From assembly GCA_032718475.1 (NCBI GenBank), contig JAUCBJ010001257.1, forward strand, positions 1 through 64,000: a DNA stretch of 64,000 nt, given 5' to 3'. This stretch comes from Nemertoderma westbladi (Eukaryota; Animalia; Xenacoelomorpha). Below, piece after piece: positions 47,801 through 59,334 of the stretch. The translations under genes were made by a program, and so were the position numbers. How positions within the stretch are numbered: position 1 is the stretch's first letter; each line of letters opens with the position of its first letter. A model generated the notes under the pieces. The model worked only from the letters and a program-made list of their open reading frames with translations, searched no databases and was not told where the DNA came from.

Positions 47801-50800
47801 TTCCGGCGCGTAGGTCGAGAGATGGTGCGGCTCGGTTGACTTCACGTAGGGCACCGAGGCGACTAGTCGCTGCCACAGCGACATGAGGTAGTGGATGCTG
47901 TTTGCGGCGACCCCGCCGGCCTGGAGGGACTCGACGGTGAACTCGGCGATGAGTCGGATGGCCACCGGGTAGGCCTCGAGTTTGACCAACTCCGAGAGCT
48001 GGTAATTGGTTTTGAGGCAGGCGAGGAGTCTGCAGAACTCGTGGTAGCCGTCGGGGTTGGCGAGTTTCTGGGGGTTCCGGAGGATCCCGTTGACGCCCTC
48101 GAGGATGGTGCCGAGGAACTTGCAGCGCTCCGCGGCGTTGAACAGCGAGCGTCGCGTGCTCGCGAACTGGGCGAGGCACGCTATGGGGACCGCGCAGATG
48201 TCCGCGGGCAGCGCGGTGTAGAGGTCGAAGAAGAGGTTGAGCGTGGAGACCTCTAGGAAGGTGTTGCGCCAGCTGGTGGGGACCTGGACGGTGACCAGGT
48301 CGTCTACTGTCTCGTCGCTGCTCATCCCGATAAAGTCGAAGGTGAGACAGGACTGGGTGAGTTTGAGGAGGTGTGTGATGAAGTTTTGGTTGAGGGCGTT
48401 GGTGTAGTCGATGGATTTGGCGAGATGACGTAGAATAAGGTTGCAACACAGAGTGAATACGTCGTAGAGAGAGGCGTCTCTAAAGGAAGCGCTCACCTAG
48501 AACGGGGCGGTAATTATAGACAGTAGATCTAACCGTGGTGATATTGTTTTTTGCGAAAAATGAACAGATAGGGCCTATCATTTAAAAAAAAGTTATAAAA
48601 AGTTTAAAATAAAAAGTTTTTTTTATAAAAAAAGTTTAAAAAAAGGACTATATATTAATTAGTATTAGGCATATTCGATAAAAAAAAAGTAAGCGGAAAA
48701 CACCGCCTTTTTCACTCATTTTAAATTTAGCGAAATTCAACTATTCTGTCCGAGTGGTTGAGTTAGCGAGTGTTTAAAAAAGTTAAAAATAATTATTTAT
48801 TACATGGGAAAAAAGTAAAACTTTTTTTTCATTAACCTCGAGGTATTTTATTTACCGAGCGTCAGCGAGGTTATTTTACTATTTAACCATTTTACTACAT
48901 TGCTTCCACTCATCTGCCACTTATGCGTTACTCAATGTTAAATAATTTAGTGTTCTCGATTATTAATTACGTAACTACAGTGGAGAGCCGCTTAACACGT
49001 TAGCTGCGGATTGAGCGCCGGTGATCAATGTTTCCACAACTCTTGTCTTGACAACGCTTGTCTCTTCAAGGCCAGTGTCCTTTAAGATGCGTCTCAAGAA
49101 AGTCATGGGCTGTCCACCATGCATATTCACTCCATGAGGCTGCCAAAGTACAAGATTATGCACTGGCTGGTCCTCACGGCGAAAGCAATGTCCTGCAAAG
49201 CGGAGGCGATTTTGTTCTAGTGTCAAGCTTGGGGGAACCAATGAGACACCTCCAATGCTATATAGTGTCTGGTTGGAGATGTGTGCATTGTACTTGACAC
49301 AATGAACCCGGCGTAGCATTTTTGTGAATGTGCCATCCAGAGATTTGGTGTCCTCAGCAGTTAGAGCCCAGCATGGACTCCCGTAGAGGAGTACTGGAAC
49401 TACTGCTGCTCTAAATAATCGGACCTTAAGTTTCCGATTAATTCTCGGTGACTTCCAAATCATGGAAGGCCTATTCAAGGCAGCCCATGCCTTTCCCTTA
49501 CGTATTCGAAGGTCCTCACCTGACTTCCGGATCCATGATCCCAGGTAACAGAAGTCATCCACATGCTCAAGCATACCATCTTTTGAGCTTATGCTCATCC
49601 GATCAGAGACTTGCTGAGGACTTTCAAAGTTAACTGTCAAAATTTTGGTCTTTCTGGAGTTAATAAAAAGACCAACGCTAGAAGCAGCATGTTCTAATGA
49701 GCTGAGGAGCTGAGGTGTAAAATACTATATTACACCATGACCCGTAAATAGCTTATCATTTTCTGGTGACACGGACCCCCAGATTTTTCTACCAATCTTT
49801 ATCATATTGTTTGAAATTTGAAACACAACTAGTTCCACTCACCGTCGATGTCCACATGAAGCCGGAATTTTCGATTTTGCCTCTAAATTTTTTTTATAAG
49901 CGTTTTAAAAAAGTGTCTTGCGAAATCCTACCATCCGTATTGTGGTCATTTGATTTTTACACCAAAACCTTTTTTTCTGCAGAACGGGAAACTTGCGTTT
50001 TTTTAGAAATGATATAATATCACCCTCCCAACCACAGCAACGGTTTAGTTTACCATAGTAACGACGTGTTTACCATAGTAACTTACTGTTTATCACAATA
50101 ATGCGAGGTTTGATTGTAATTTAAGTGGTGGAAATTAAAAAGGCATTACTTTTAATATTAATGTTATTCAATGGTGTGCATCTATCTGGGCATGTTAGGC
50201 CAAAGTGATAGAATGAATAGCCCCGTCAAAATGTGACTTATGCTGCAGGAATTGGCGGCACTAATAGATGCTATGAGATTGTCTCCTAAAATTGTCCAAC
50301 TCTAACTAAGGAAAATTTAGCCTTTCTATGGCCAACAAGCAGTAGTAAAGAAGATGCAGGGGTGGGGTAGTTTTCGTTTTTGCACGAAAGTGTTATTATT
50401 ACTAGTTACGTCCATCCTTTGGGGGGTGGGTATAGTTCTGAAGGACACTTGACCTACTGTACTACTATAGTACAGGCCTAATATATATTATATATATTGT
50501 TATTGCTGTATTATTATAATAGCAGGCCCCCTACTTCATATAGCAGGCCCACTAGTTAATATAGCAGGCCACCTAGTTAATATAGTAGGCCCCCTAGTTC
50601 ATATAGCAGGCCCCCTAGTTCATAAAGCAGGCCCACTAGTTAATATAGTAGGCCCCCTAGTTCATATAGCAGGCCCCCTAGTTCATAAAGCAGGACCACT
50701 AGTTCATATATCAGTCCCCTAGTTCATATAGCAGGCCCCCTAGTTCATATAGCAGGCCCCCTAGTTCATATAGTAGGTCCCCTAGTTCACATAGCAGGCC

Positions 50801-53800
50801 CCCTAGTTCATAAAACAGGCCCACTAGTTCATATATCAGTCCCCTAGTTCATATAGCAGGCCCCCTAGTTCATATAGCTGGCCCCCCAGTTCATATAGCA
50901 GGCCCCCTAGTTAATATAGCAGGCCCCCTAGTTCATATAGCAGGCCCACTAGTTAATATAGCAGGCCCTCTAGTTAATATAGCAGGCCCTCTAGTTCATA
51001 TAGCAGGCCCACTAGTTCATATATCAGCCCCCTAGTTCATATAGCAGGCCCCCTAGTTCATATAGCAGGCCCACTAGTTCATATATCAGCCCCCTAGTTC
51101 ATAAAGCAGGCCCACTAGTTCATATATCAGCCCCCTAGTTCATATAGCAGGCCCCCTAGTTCATATAGCAGGCCCACTAGTTCATATATCAGCCCCCTAG
51201 TTCATATAGCAGGCCCACTAGTTCATATATCAGCCCCCTAGTTCATATAGCAGGCCCCCTAGTTCATATAGCTGGCCCCCCAGTTCATATAGCAGGCCCC
51301 CTAGTTAATATAGCAGGCCCCCTAGTTCATATAGCAGGCCCCCTAGTTAATATAGCAGGCCCCCTAGTTCATATAGCAGGCCCACTAGTTAATATAGCAG
51401 GCCCTCTAGTTAATATAGCAGGCCCTCTAGTTCATATAGCAGGCCCACTAGTTCATATATCAGTCCCCTAGTTCATATAGCAGGCCCCCTAGTTCATATA
51501 GCTGGCCCCCCAGTTCATATAGCAGGCCCCCTAGTTAATATAGCAGGCCCCCTAGTTCATATAGCAGGCCCCCTAGTTAATATAGCAGGCCCCCTAGTTC
51601 ATATAGCAGGCCCACTAGTTAATATATCAGTCCCCTAGTTCATATAGCAGGCCCCCTAGTTCATATAGCTGGCCCCCCAGTTCATATAGCAGGCCCCCTA
51701 GTTAATATAGCAGGCCCCCTAGTTCATATAGCAGGCCCCCTAGTTAATATAGCAGGCCCACTAGTTCATATAGCAGGCCCACTAGTTCATATAGCAGGCC
51801 CCCTAGTTAATATAGCAGGCCCACTAGTTAATATAGCAGGCACCCTAGTTCATATAGCAGGCCCCCTAGTTCATATAGCAGGCCCCCTAGTTCATAGAGC
51901 AGGCCCCTTAGTTAATATAGCAGGCCCCCTAGTTCATATAACAGCGATTCATTAGTAATAAATACTATTACTATTTAATAAAGGTTCTATACCTATAATG
52001 ATAACGGACAATCAACAAAACAATCCATCTAAGCACTTATTCCCAATTAACAGATTACAATTACATGTCACTATACCACATCATTACTCAATGTCACATC
52101 ACCACTGCCATTTCATTACATTTATAATTATATCAACAACCCAAAGACCATTTGCTATCATCTCATTTATAAAGCGCGATTTTATTGATGGAGATAAAAT
52201 TATACCCCGTTATATTGAATATTCACCAAGCATCAACCTGAAAAGAACAAACCAACAACATCTATGGGAAATTTTTTAAAACGAATACACATGTCAACTG
52301 TTGATTTATGACTCCAGCTAATGGACTATAAACAAACACCAGTGACTCGAATTACAGACCTTGCAACCACCACCCAATGCTCCCATTCCTACACCATTAA
52401 TGAAACACTCATAACCGACCTTAGGATTAGCCTCCCCTCCATTCCCCACACGGCGGGCAGCATTATTAGTCCTTCAGAATATGAGTCATCAATATCAAAT
52501 ACTGTCAACCCCTACAGGCAACAGACCAACTATCCCACTGACTTATACAAAATAAACCAATAATGACGAGAGCAATATATGAGATAGAGGTTACACATTT
52601 AATACTACTAACAATTAAACAACCCCCCCCCCCCCCCTTATACTACTAACTGTTAATACCCCCCTCCCCATCCTCTATCGCACTACGTCTACTACTACAG
52701 TACTAACCGCGTCAAACAACAAACCCCTCGACCCCCCCCCCCCCCCCCCCTCTATCACTACTACTGGTGATAGTAGTAGTCTACTACTAACCATTAAACA
52801 CACCCCCCCCCCCCACACCAACTACTGTAGGTCTACTACTAACCACTAAAGGGTAGTTGTGCGTGGTAGAACCGCCGTGACTCATCCTCAGAGGATGTGG
52901 TGATTGGCAGGTTGACGCCTGTAGCATTATATATATATAAGATCATATAAGATCATGTAATATGAGTAAAATCATAAAAAATATATAACATTTTTATGAA
53001 ATTCAAACCACTATCACTGGACTGGACGGAGCTATTGAGATGCAGTTTTTTCTATGGTGGTTCTCCATTGTTTTATAAATATAATGATAGTAAATTTGAG
53101 CACCGGTGCCCAAAGGCATTCCCGCAACCGGCGCACAATCCGCAGTTGAGGAACTGCACAGGAATGTTCACCAGTGCACAATCCGCAGTAACTAAACGCC
53201 AAGCCCCAAATCCTGCCGCAGTCATGGAACAGCACATGGTTGTTCACTGGTGCACAATCCGCAGTAACTAAGAACCAGTGGTTTCGGAGCCGCAGCTAAC
53301 GTGTTTTAACTACATAAACCAATATTGGATATTGAGTTCCGTTTTGGAGTTCGCCTTGTAGACACTAAAGTTGTAATAACTTCTGAGTTTGTAATTGGAT
53401 TTTGCTCAAATTACGTGGAAACCTTTTCTAATTTGATGTTCTTTCAACACATACAATAAAATTTAAGAAATTCCACCAAAAATATTTTACTTCACTTTTT
53501 TCGCCGGGAAAAAAAGCCAAATCAATGCAATCCTATTCCTATGGGTTGCTTTTTTCCCAGGGGAAAAACTCCCGATTTTGGGGTATATTCGAGCGAAAAA
53601 GTAATAATTTAAGAATATTTTTGTAAATATTAGTTTAAAAAAACTCCATTGTGTGTATTTGAGAAAATTAGAAAATTTTTTTTTTTTTAAGCAACAAACT
53701 TATTATCCTAGCGCAAATTAATTAAATATTTATTAGTTTTTATTCTACTATGCGGGTTAATATATATTTTATTACCTTACGATGTTTAGCGGCGTTCCTA

Positions 53801-54094
53801 CTGGACTCGAAATGGTTCATCTCGTAGACGATCTGGTTGAGAATTCGGAGCGACACGCAGGCCAGTTCCAACTGGTCGTTGTTGTAGCACTGGATCAGGT
53901 AGGTGGTCACCTGTTCGGTAATGTCCCGGAGTGGGTACTGGTCGGGGTGCCCCCCTGGTGGGGACGACGTACGGGGGGACGGCTTGCTGTCGTACCAGGA
54001 GAGCTTGGTGATCTTAGCCAGGAGACCCACGAGGGTGGTGGAGACGTAATGGACGAGGTTGGGGTTCTGGACGAGGTAGTTGAGAACGTAGTTC
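44865..54094 (-). CDS. XPO7: Exportin-7 / RanBP16-17. Exons 54094-53776, 48496-47285, 46460-44865; N-terminal exon(s) not in window
   Basis: RNYVLNYL...KITKLSWYD, KHRK|VSASFRD, FDFIG.SSDE..DDL.TVQVPTSWR, YHEFCRLL..LKTNYQL.ELVK, FRKIYIGEQ|VQKTS, NQYSMSRPLL, NLSTKNREQFSQNL. Phase-compatible GT-AG sites at 53776/48496 and 47285/46460. Confidence 0.93.
49063..49700 (-). mobile_element. RTE-like LINE fragment, copy 2 (in XPO7 intron)
   Basis: ORF 48975-49640 has the same motifs as 27670-28305 but without frameshifts (VLLYGSPCWAL). Truncated at 49063. Confidence 0.9.
50520..51943. repeat. 21-bp array, inverted copy (~68 units)
   Basis: CAGGCCCCCTAGTTCATATAG is the reverse complement of the 18295-26921 unit. 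Confidence 0.97.
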
Positions 54095-54707
54095 CTGTAG
54101 TAACAACAGTTATTAATATTGATACAAATAAAATAAAAATAGTATTTAATCTTAATACATTATATTAAAAACTAACTCCAAACTCAAATAGGCCTATGTG
54201 CTAAGCAGCCAAGTAAAGAGTACGTAGGCCAACCTGATATCAATCTTTGCTTCTAGATGCAATGTAGCAGTTGTACCGGTAAGCAGTTTGGTTAGAGAAG
54301 ACGAGGCCAACATTTGGGAATAAGGAGAGGATTTGGTCTCTAGAAGCATCTAGGGAGGGAGAGATATTGGTTGGTCGAAGATGTAAACAAATATAAACTG
54401 TTAAATAGAAGCCAACATGCACAGGTCAGCAGGTGTGAAGGTGAATCCTTCGCTCACAGGCCCAAGATGCCAAGTGTCAGCGACCTGCAACGACTATGGG
54501 CAGATGGAATGCGTTGCCATCCAGTCATCTGATATAAAAACGCCCCAATAATCGAGAAATTTAAAGTAAATATAAATAAATATATAATAATAATAATAAA
54601 GTAAATATAGTCCTATACTTCAGTACTTGCCCAATAAAGTGGTTGACAGTTGAGAAAAACTCTAAGGCTTACTGCTGTACTGGCTTTACTGCTATCTGGC
54701 TATACAG

Positions 54708-56867
54708 CATGGCCGGCGCCAGGATTTTTCTTGGGGGTGCAGATGTTGAAAAAGCGGACCTTTTTTGTTACCATCGAAACAAAAATATTACACATTGCTG
54801 CATTGCACCGGTATCAGTTTAGGCCGCTAACCTAGAAAATTTTACACTTTGTATCAGATAGTTAGAAAAAAGTTAGAGTGAACCTATTAAATGATATGAT
54901 TGAATGATACTAAATTATGGACGCAATAAAAATTCATCCCTCTCCAGGGGAAATTCCGACACAAATAAAGTCTGATTACTCTCAAAAATAAAACTGTAAC
55001 CTGTACTATTGTGTTTAGTTTATTGTTTTGGTTGAAATAACGTGCCACTCTAACCTGCTCCTTTCCCTAAATTGAGAATTTAACATTGAGGCGGGACATG
55101 AATTCGCCAAGGCGGGTTTTGCGTTTCCTTCCTGTCTCCAACAAAGTATTTTGATTTTGATATAATAAACCCACCAGTATTCTAACTTATACTGTGAAAT
55201 ACTTCTACACATTCAAATTAATAAATTTAAAAAATACTTAAAAATCTTACTTAAAAAATATTTAATTCAACAATAAAACAACCTAGACTTTAATTTGGTT
55301 GAACAAATGGTTGATTACTGCAGACTGCTACCGGAATATTGGATGGAGTGAGTAAAACGGAATAGGTGATTTAATTAGATCGGATTTTAATCAACCTTGA
55401 TTTAACCCTATCTGGCCCGGGCTATTTGACAACGTAATTGGCGGTGCCATTGGACTTGGACATGGACTCAGAGGAGATTCTGGTAGTTGGTGGATGTACA
55501 GTAGATTGTGTTTCTATTATGACAGTAGGATTCGTTGCGACAGGTATGGGACTGGAACTACCACTTGTCTGGTAGTTTCGCTTAGGCTCAGGGAGCGCTG
55601 AAAAATAGCTTCCAATAACGTTGGTTCCCTCAGCAGCCCTTTTTAACAACCGCTGCTTATTTTGTTGACGCCCTGGCATACCGGCACTTATATAGTAAGT
55701 CAAGCCTATAGGCCCGATACAAAGAAATAAATAATATAATGGAAGAATCAAGAATAGCCTAATAATTACCGGGCCTGCTGGACTATCTGACTATAAACTA
55801 GAACTGTAGCCTTAGCCTAAACGGCACTTATATGACATCGGGCACGCACTTACATTTTCAATTTTTAAATCAGTATTTTATGTAAAACGGTACCGGTATG
55901 CATTGTAAATTTATGAATCATAATGTTACATTTTTTTTAAAAAAAATTTGTTCTAGAACAAAAATATTTATCAAGATTGATAGTTTACATAACACGTAAT
56001 TTTAAAATGTATGTAATGTACCCATGTCGTAGGCCTATAAGTGCCGCCTGAACTACTGCATCAGAAAGTTCAGAATGCGACAAGTTATGTGGTGCAATAA
56101 AAAATAAAACCTGGAGGTGGTTAGGGTTACAGTTACCAGTAACAGGTATGCCTAAACTGGTAAAAATGCAGAAATGTGATTTGATGGTTGGTTACGGTAC
56201 CGTACCCATGCAGCTAAACTTAGATTTTAGGCAATCGCATCTTACAGCCTATAATAATTCAGGAAAATCGGCTGATTATAACAAAATCAAACCAGCTATT
56301 TAGTATAAAAGTATACAGGTAGTAGGACAGTACTGGTGGTCTGGTATTGCTACCAGTAGTATACTAAGGTTGAATTGAATTGCCGACCTATTGTCTGTTA
56401 GTTGCTTGTTGCTGCTACCCGTACATAAAAGTATACAGGAAGTAGGACAGTACTGGTGGTCTGGTATTGCTACCAATAGTATACAAAGGTTGAATTGAAT
56501 TGCCGACCTATTGTCTGTTAGTTGCTTGTTGCTGCTACCTGTACTAAACACTAAACCGAAAGTAAAATGAACTAAACATTGAAAATATATAAATAACTTG
56601 CAGGTAATGTAATATAGGTGTAGTGTGTAGTGGTATCGGTATGATGTTCACTGTTGACAGCAAGTAATACCAGAAGACCCAGTAATATAAATGGACAGAA
56701 ATCTGATTAGAATAAGATTCAAGTGACTGTGTGTTCTTTTGGTTTAATAATTACACAACAATTTTTGTATTAGTCCACAATGAAAATATATTCATCCAAT
56801 TGCGGACCTTTTCTCACTTTTTGGGGGGTGCAGCTGCACCCCTTGCACCCCATTGGCGCCGGCCATG
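54708..56867. mobile_element. Non-autonomous hAT element, 2160 bp
   Basis: TIR CATGGCCGGCGCCA / TGGCGCCGGCCATG. Perfect 8-bp TSD CTATACAG (54700-54707 and 56868-56875). Internal 120-bp tandem duplication at ~56303-56543. Short ORF (MPGRQQNKQRLLKRAAEGTNVIGSYF) may be a transposase N-terminal remnant. Confidence 0.9.
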
Positions 56868-57338
56868 CTATACAGCTATAGGCCTTTGTGCTTTGCCTTG
56901 CTAAAAGTTCAGAAGTTACGATAGAAACTCTCATCAGCCTATGACAGTATGATTGAGATTGTTTTGACTGACATACCGCAGTACCGCTGTACGGCCTGTC
57001 TGTCTGTACCGGTCAGCCGGTAGGCTAGCCTAGCCTAATGGTAATGACATTGTATTTTCTAATAAGTTTATATTTCTATACAGCTATCTGGCTATCAGGC
57101 TATAGCATAGGCCTAGGGCCCTAGGCACTATGCATTTTTATATTGTTTACGCCTGCCTATAGCCTACAGCAAGCTATAGTGTATAGGCCTACATCTGTCA
57201 GTCTGTACATTAGGCTATTCCATATTCTGATCTTGGCACTTGGTCCTTAATCAATTAAATTCAATTTAAATTTAGCTATATCGGGATCGGTTAACATAAC
57301 CCAACCCCTAACTGCCCAAACGAAACCCACTGCAGCAC

Positions 57339-58277
57339 CAGGGTTGGCAACCAATGGTTTTTCTCACCATTGGTTTTTTATGGTTTTTTGGTTTAACCAA
57401 CTTTTAAAAAAAGGCGAAAAAATTGGTTTTTTATGGTTTTTTATGGTTTTTCATAAAATTTTACAATTAACGCTGTAAATAATATAAAGCAGACTGGTAG
57501 TGGCATTTCTTTTTCATTTTGCACTGTTAGAAGGAAAAAATTTCGCTCACTTTGAGTTTTGCTCGCGTTTCTTTTATCTTACATTTTGCACTGTTCAGCT
57601 GTTAGAATGGACAAATTTCTCTCACTTTGAGTTTTGCTCGCGTTTCTTTTTCATCTGTTCATTTTGCAATGTTAATGAAAAGGTTTTGCTCGCTTCGCTG
57701 GCGTATGTTTCTCGTTTACATTGTTAAAATGTGGTGTGCGCGTTTTTTTTCGGTGCATGCGCGGTAGGTATATTGTCCAATATTGTGGGGCTGAAAAATT
57801 GTGCGCAGGCGTTGTGCGCGGTTCAGTGGTGGTTTGCAGCCTGGCGTGCAGTGGAGCAGTGCAGACGTCTGGACGCTGGTATGCATTTTTTCGTTGTATG
57901 TTGCTAGTATTTTGTCACATGCTGACATGGCTGCATGTGGCATGGGCTGCAATGGGTTGGATGAGAGTAAGGACAGAACAGAACAGCAGAAGAAACGCTT
58001 CAAACCAGCATACTGTATGTGGCCTTATTCAGTTATTCCAGTATTTTGTTCTATTGTATTGGGCAAGCGCAAGCGCAAGCAGGCAAGGGTTGTACTGTCA
58101 GACTGTTGTATGTAGGCCCTACATTTGTATGTATTGCTGTATTGGATTTAATTACTGAATTAAACCACAGAAAAACCATAAAAAACCATAAAAAACCGAA
58201 AAAAACCATAAAAAACCAAACAATAAAACCAAAACCAAAAATTTTTTTTCAAAAAACCATGGTTTTTGCCATCCCTG
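57339..58277. mobile_element. hAT MITE, 939 bp
   Basis: TIR CAGGGTTGGCAA / TTGCCATCCCTG, subterminal TGGTTTTT / AAAAACCA repeats, perfect 8-bp TSD TGCAGCAC (57331-57338 and 58278-58285). Confidence 0.92.
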
Positions 58278-58556
58278 TGCAGCACTGACTGCTGAGCTGA
58301 CACTGACCCAGTTTATAAAATTAACTTACTTGGCATTGTTGTAAACAATCTGGCGAACTAACAAACTGATCTAAGGTTCGCTCCGCTTCGGCGCGCTGAG
58401 ATGAATCGGTTGCTTCATAAAGTTGAGTGCAGAATGCCTCCATTTGTGCGGAATTCATATTGAATCGTTACTGTCAGACTGTACTGTGTTATGCCTACCT
58501 GCCTACATACTGACATACAACCTGACAACCAGACAACTATGTTTGTCATCTGTGTA

Positions 58557-58978
58557 CAGTCAGGAACACTGGTCACAATATGTCCAATTTACAGCCAGAA
58601 TGTGTCCGCGGAAAACGCTCTCAGAGTGAAATTTCTCCATAGAAAACAATGCTAAATTTCATTTGAAAACCGGCAGTGAAATTTTAACATTGGCATTCTA
58701 AAAATTATGCCATTAGAATCGCCATAAAATTCTGTATAAATTAATTTGAGAATTAGAATCTCATCGTTGGGATAACTATCATAATATTAAAAATAAAAAT
58801 GTGCCCAGCTTCTGCTTTGAGTACTATTGGAGTTACAGCCAAAATATGTCCGGAAATATAATCGCAGCCTGTCTGCCTGTGAAGGACAAATAGTGGCTGC
58901 ACGGACACTTTCTGGCTGTGAATATGTGGACAATTTTTGGCTGAGCTTCAGCCAGAAAGTGACCAGTGTTCCTAACTG
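58557..58978. mobile_element. MITE, 422 bp, with 5-bp TSD
   Basis: TIR CAGTCAGGAACACTGGTCAC / GTGACCAGTGTTCCTAACTG. GTGTA on both flanks (58552-58556 and 58979-58983). Confidence 0.85.
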
Positions 58979-59334
58979 GTGTAGGCCTACAATATAGGCC
59001 TAACATTATAACAGCCTGATATGACAGCATGACAGGGACAGCATGACATGTGACAGGACAGGACAGCGGTGCAGACAGCCTACTGCAGTACTGTGTACTG
59101 CAGTACTGTGTACTGCAGTACCGGTACTTGGTCTATGCCTGTATGCTTGCTTGTCAACTTGTCAGTATTTCATATTTCTGTCATTAACTGCTGATGCTGA
59201 ACTGTATTACAATTACAGTCTTTGGTCTTAGCTCATTACTGCATTATACCGGTAAATCGTTCCGTCCTACGCTTAGCTACGCGTAGTTTACAACTTCCAC
59301 TCCTGTCGATTACCGGTAGGTGGTAGGGCCAGGC

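Larger units (their letters stand above)
48996..53303. mobile_element. Putative TTAA-type (piggyBac-like) non-autonomous element enclosing LINE fragment and satellite
   Basis: Left end TTAA|CACGTTAGCTGCGGATTGAGCGCCGGTG. Right end CCGCAGCTAACGTG|TTTTAA, preceded by three subterminal copies of the left-end reverse complement (ACCGGCGCACAATCCGCAG-like at ~53127, 53169, 53245). Confidence 0.5.

Noticed and set aside
45762-48449. Overlapping antisense and alternate-frame ORFs in XPO7 (and similarly in RBM28)
   Set aside because: Shadow ORFs expected from GC-rich codon usage.
54240-54540. Missing XPO7 first exon
   Set aside because: No XPO7 N-terminal motifs on the minus strand. The plus strand has a weak RWNALP LINE-tail-like remnant, too degraded to call.
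56915-56945. Hammerhead ribozyme (CTGATGA on minus strand; also + strand at ~7822 and ~37325)
   Set aside because: No stem II followed by GAAA and no closing helices. None was found near the exonuclease ORF either.
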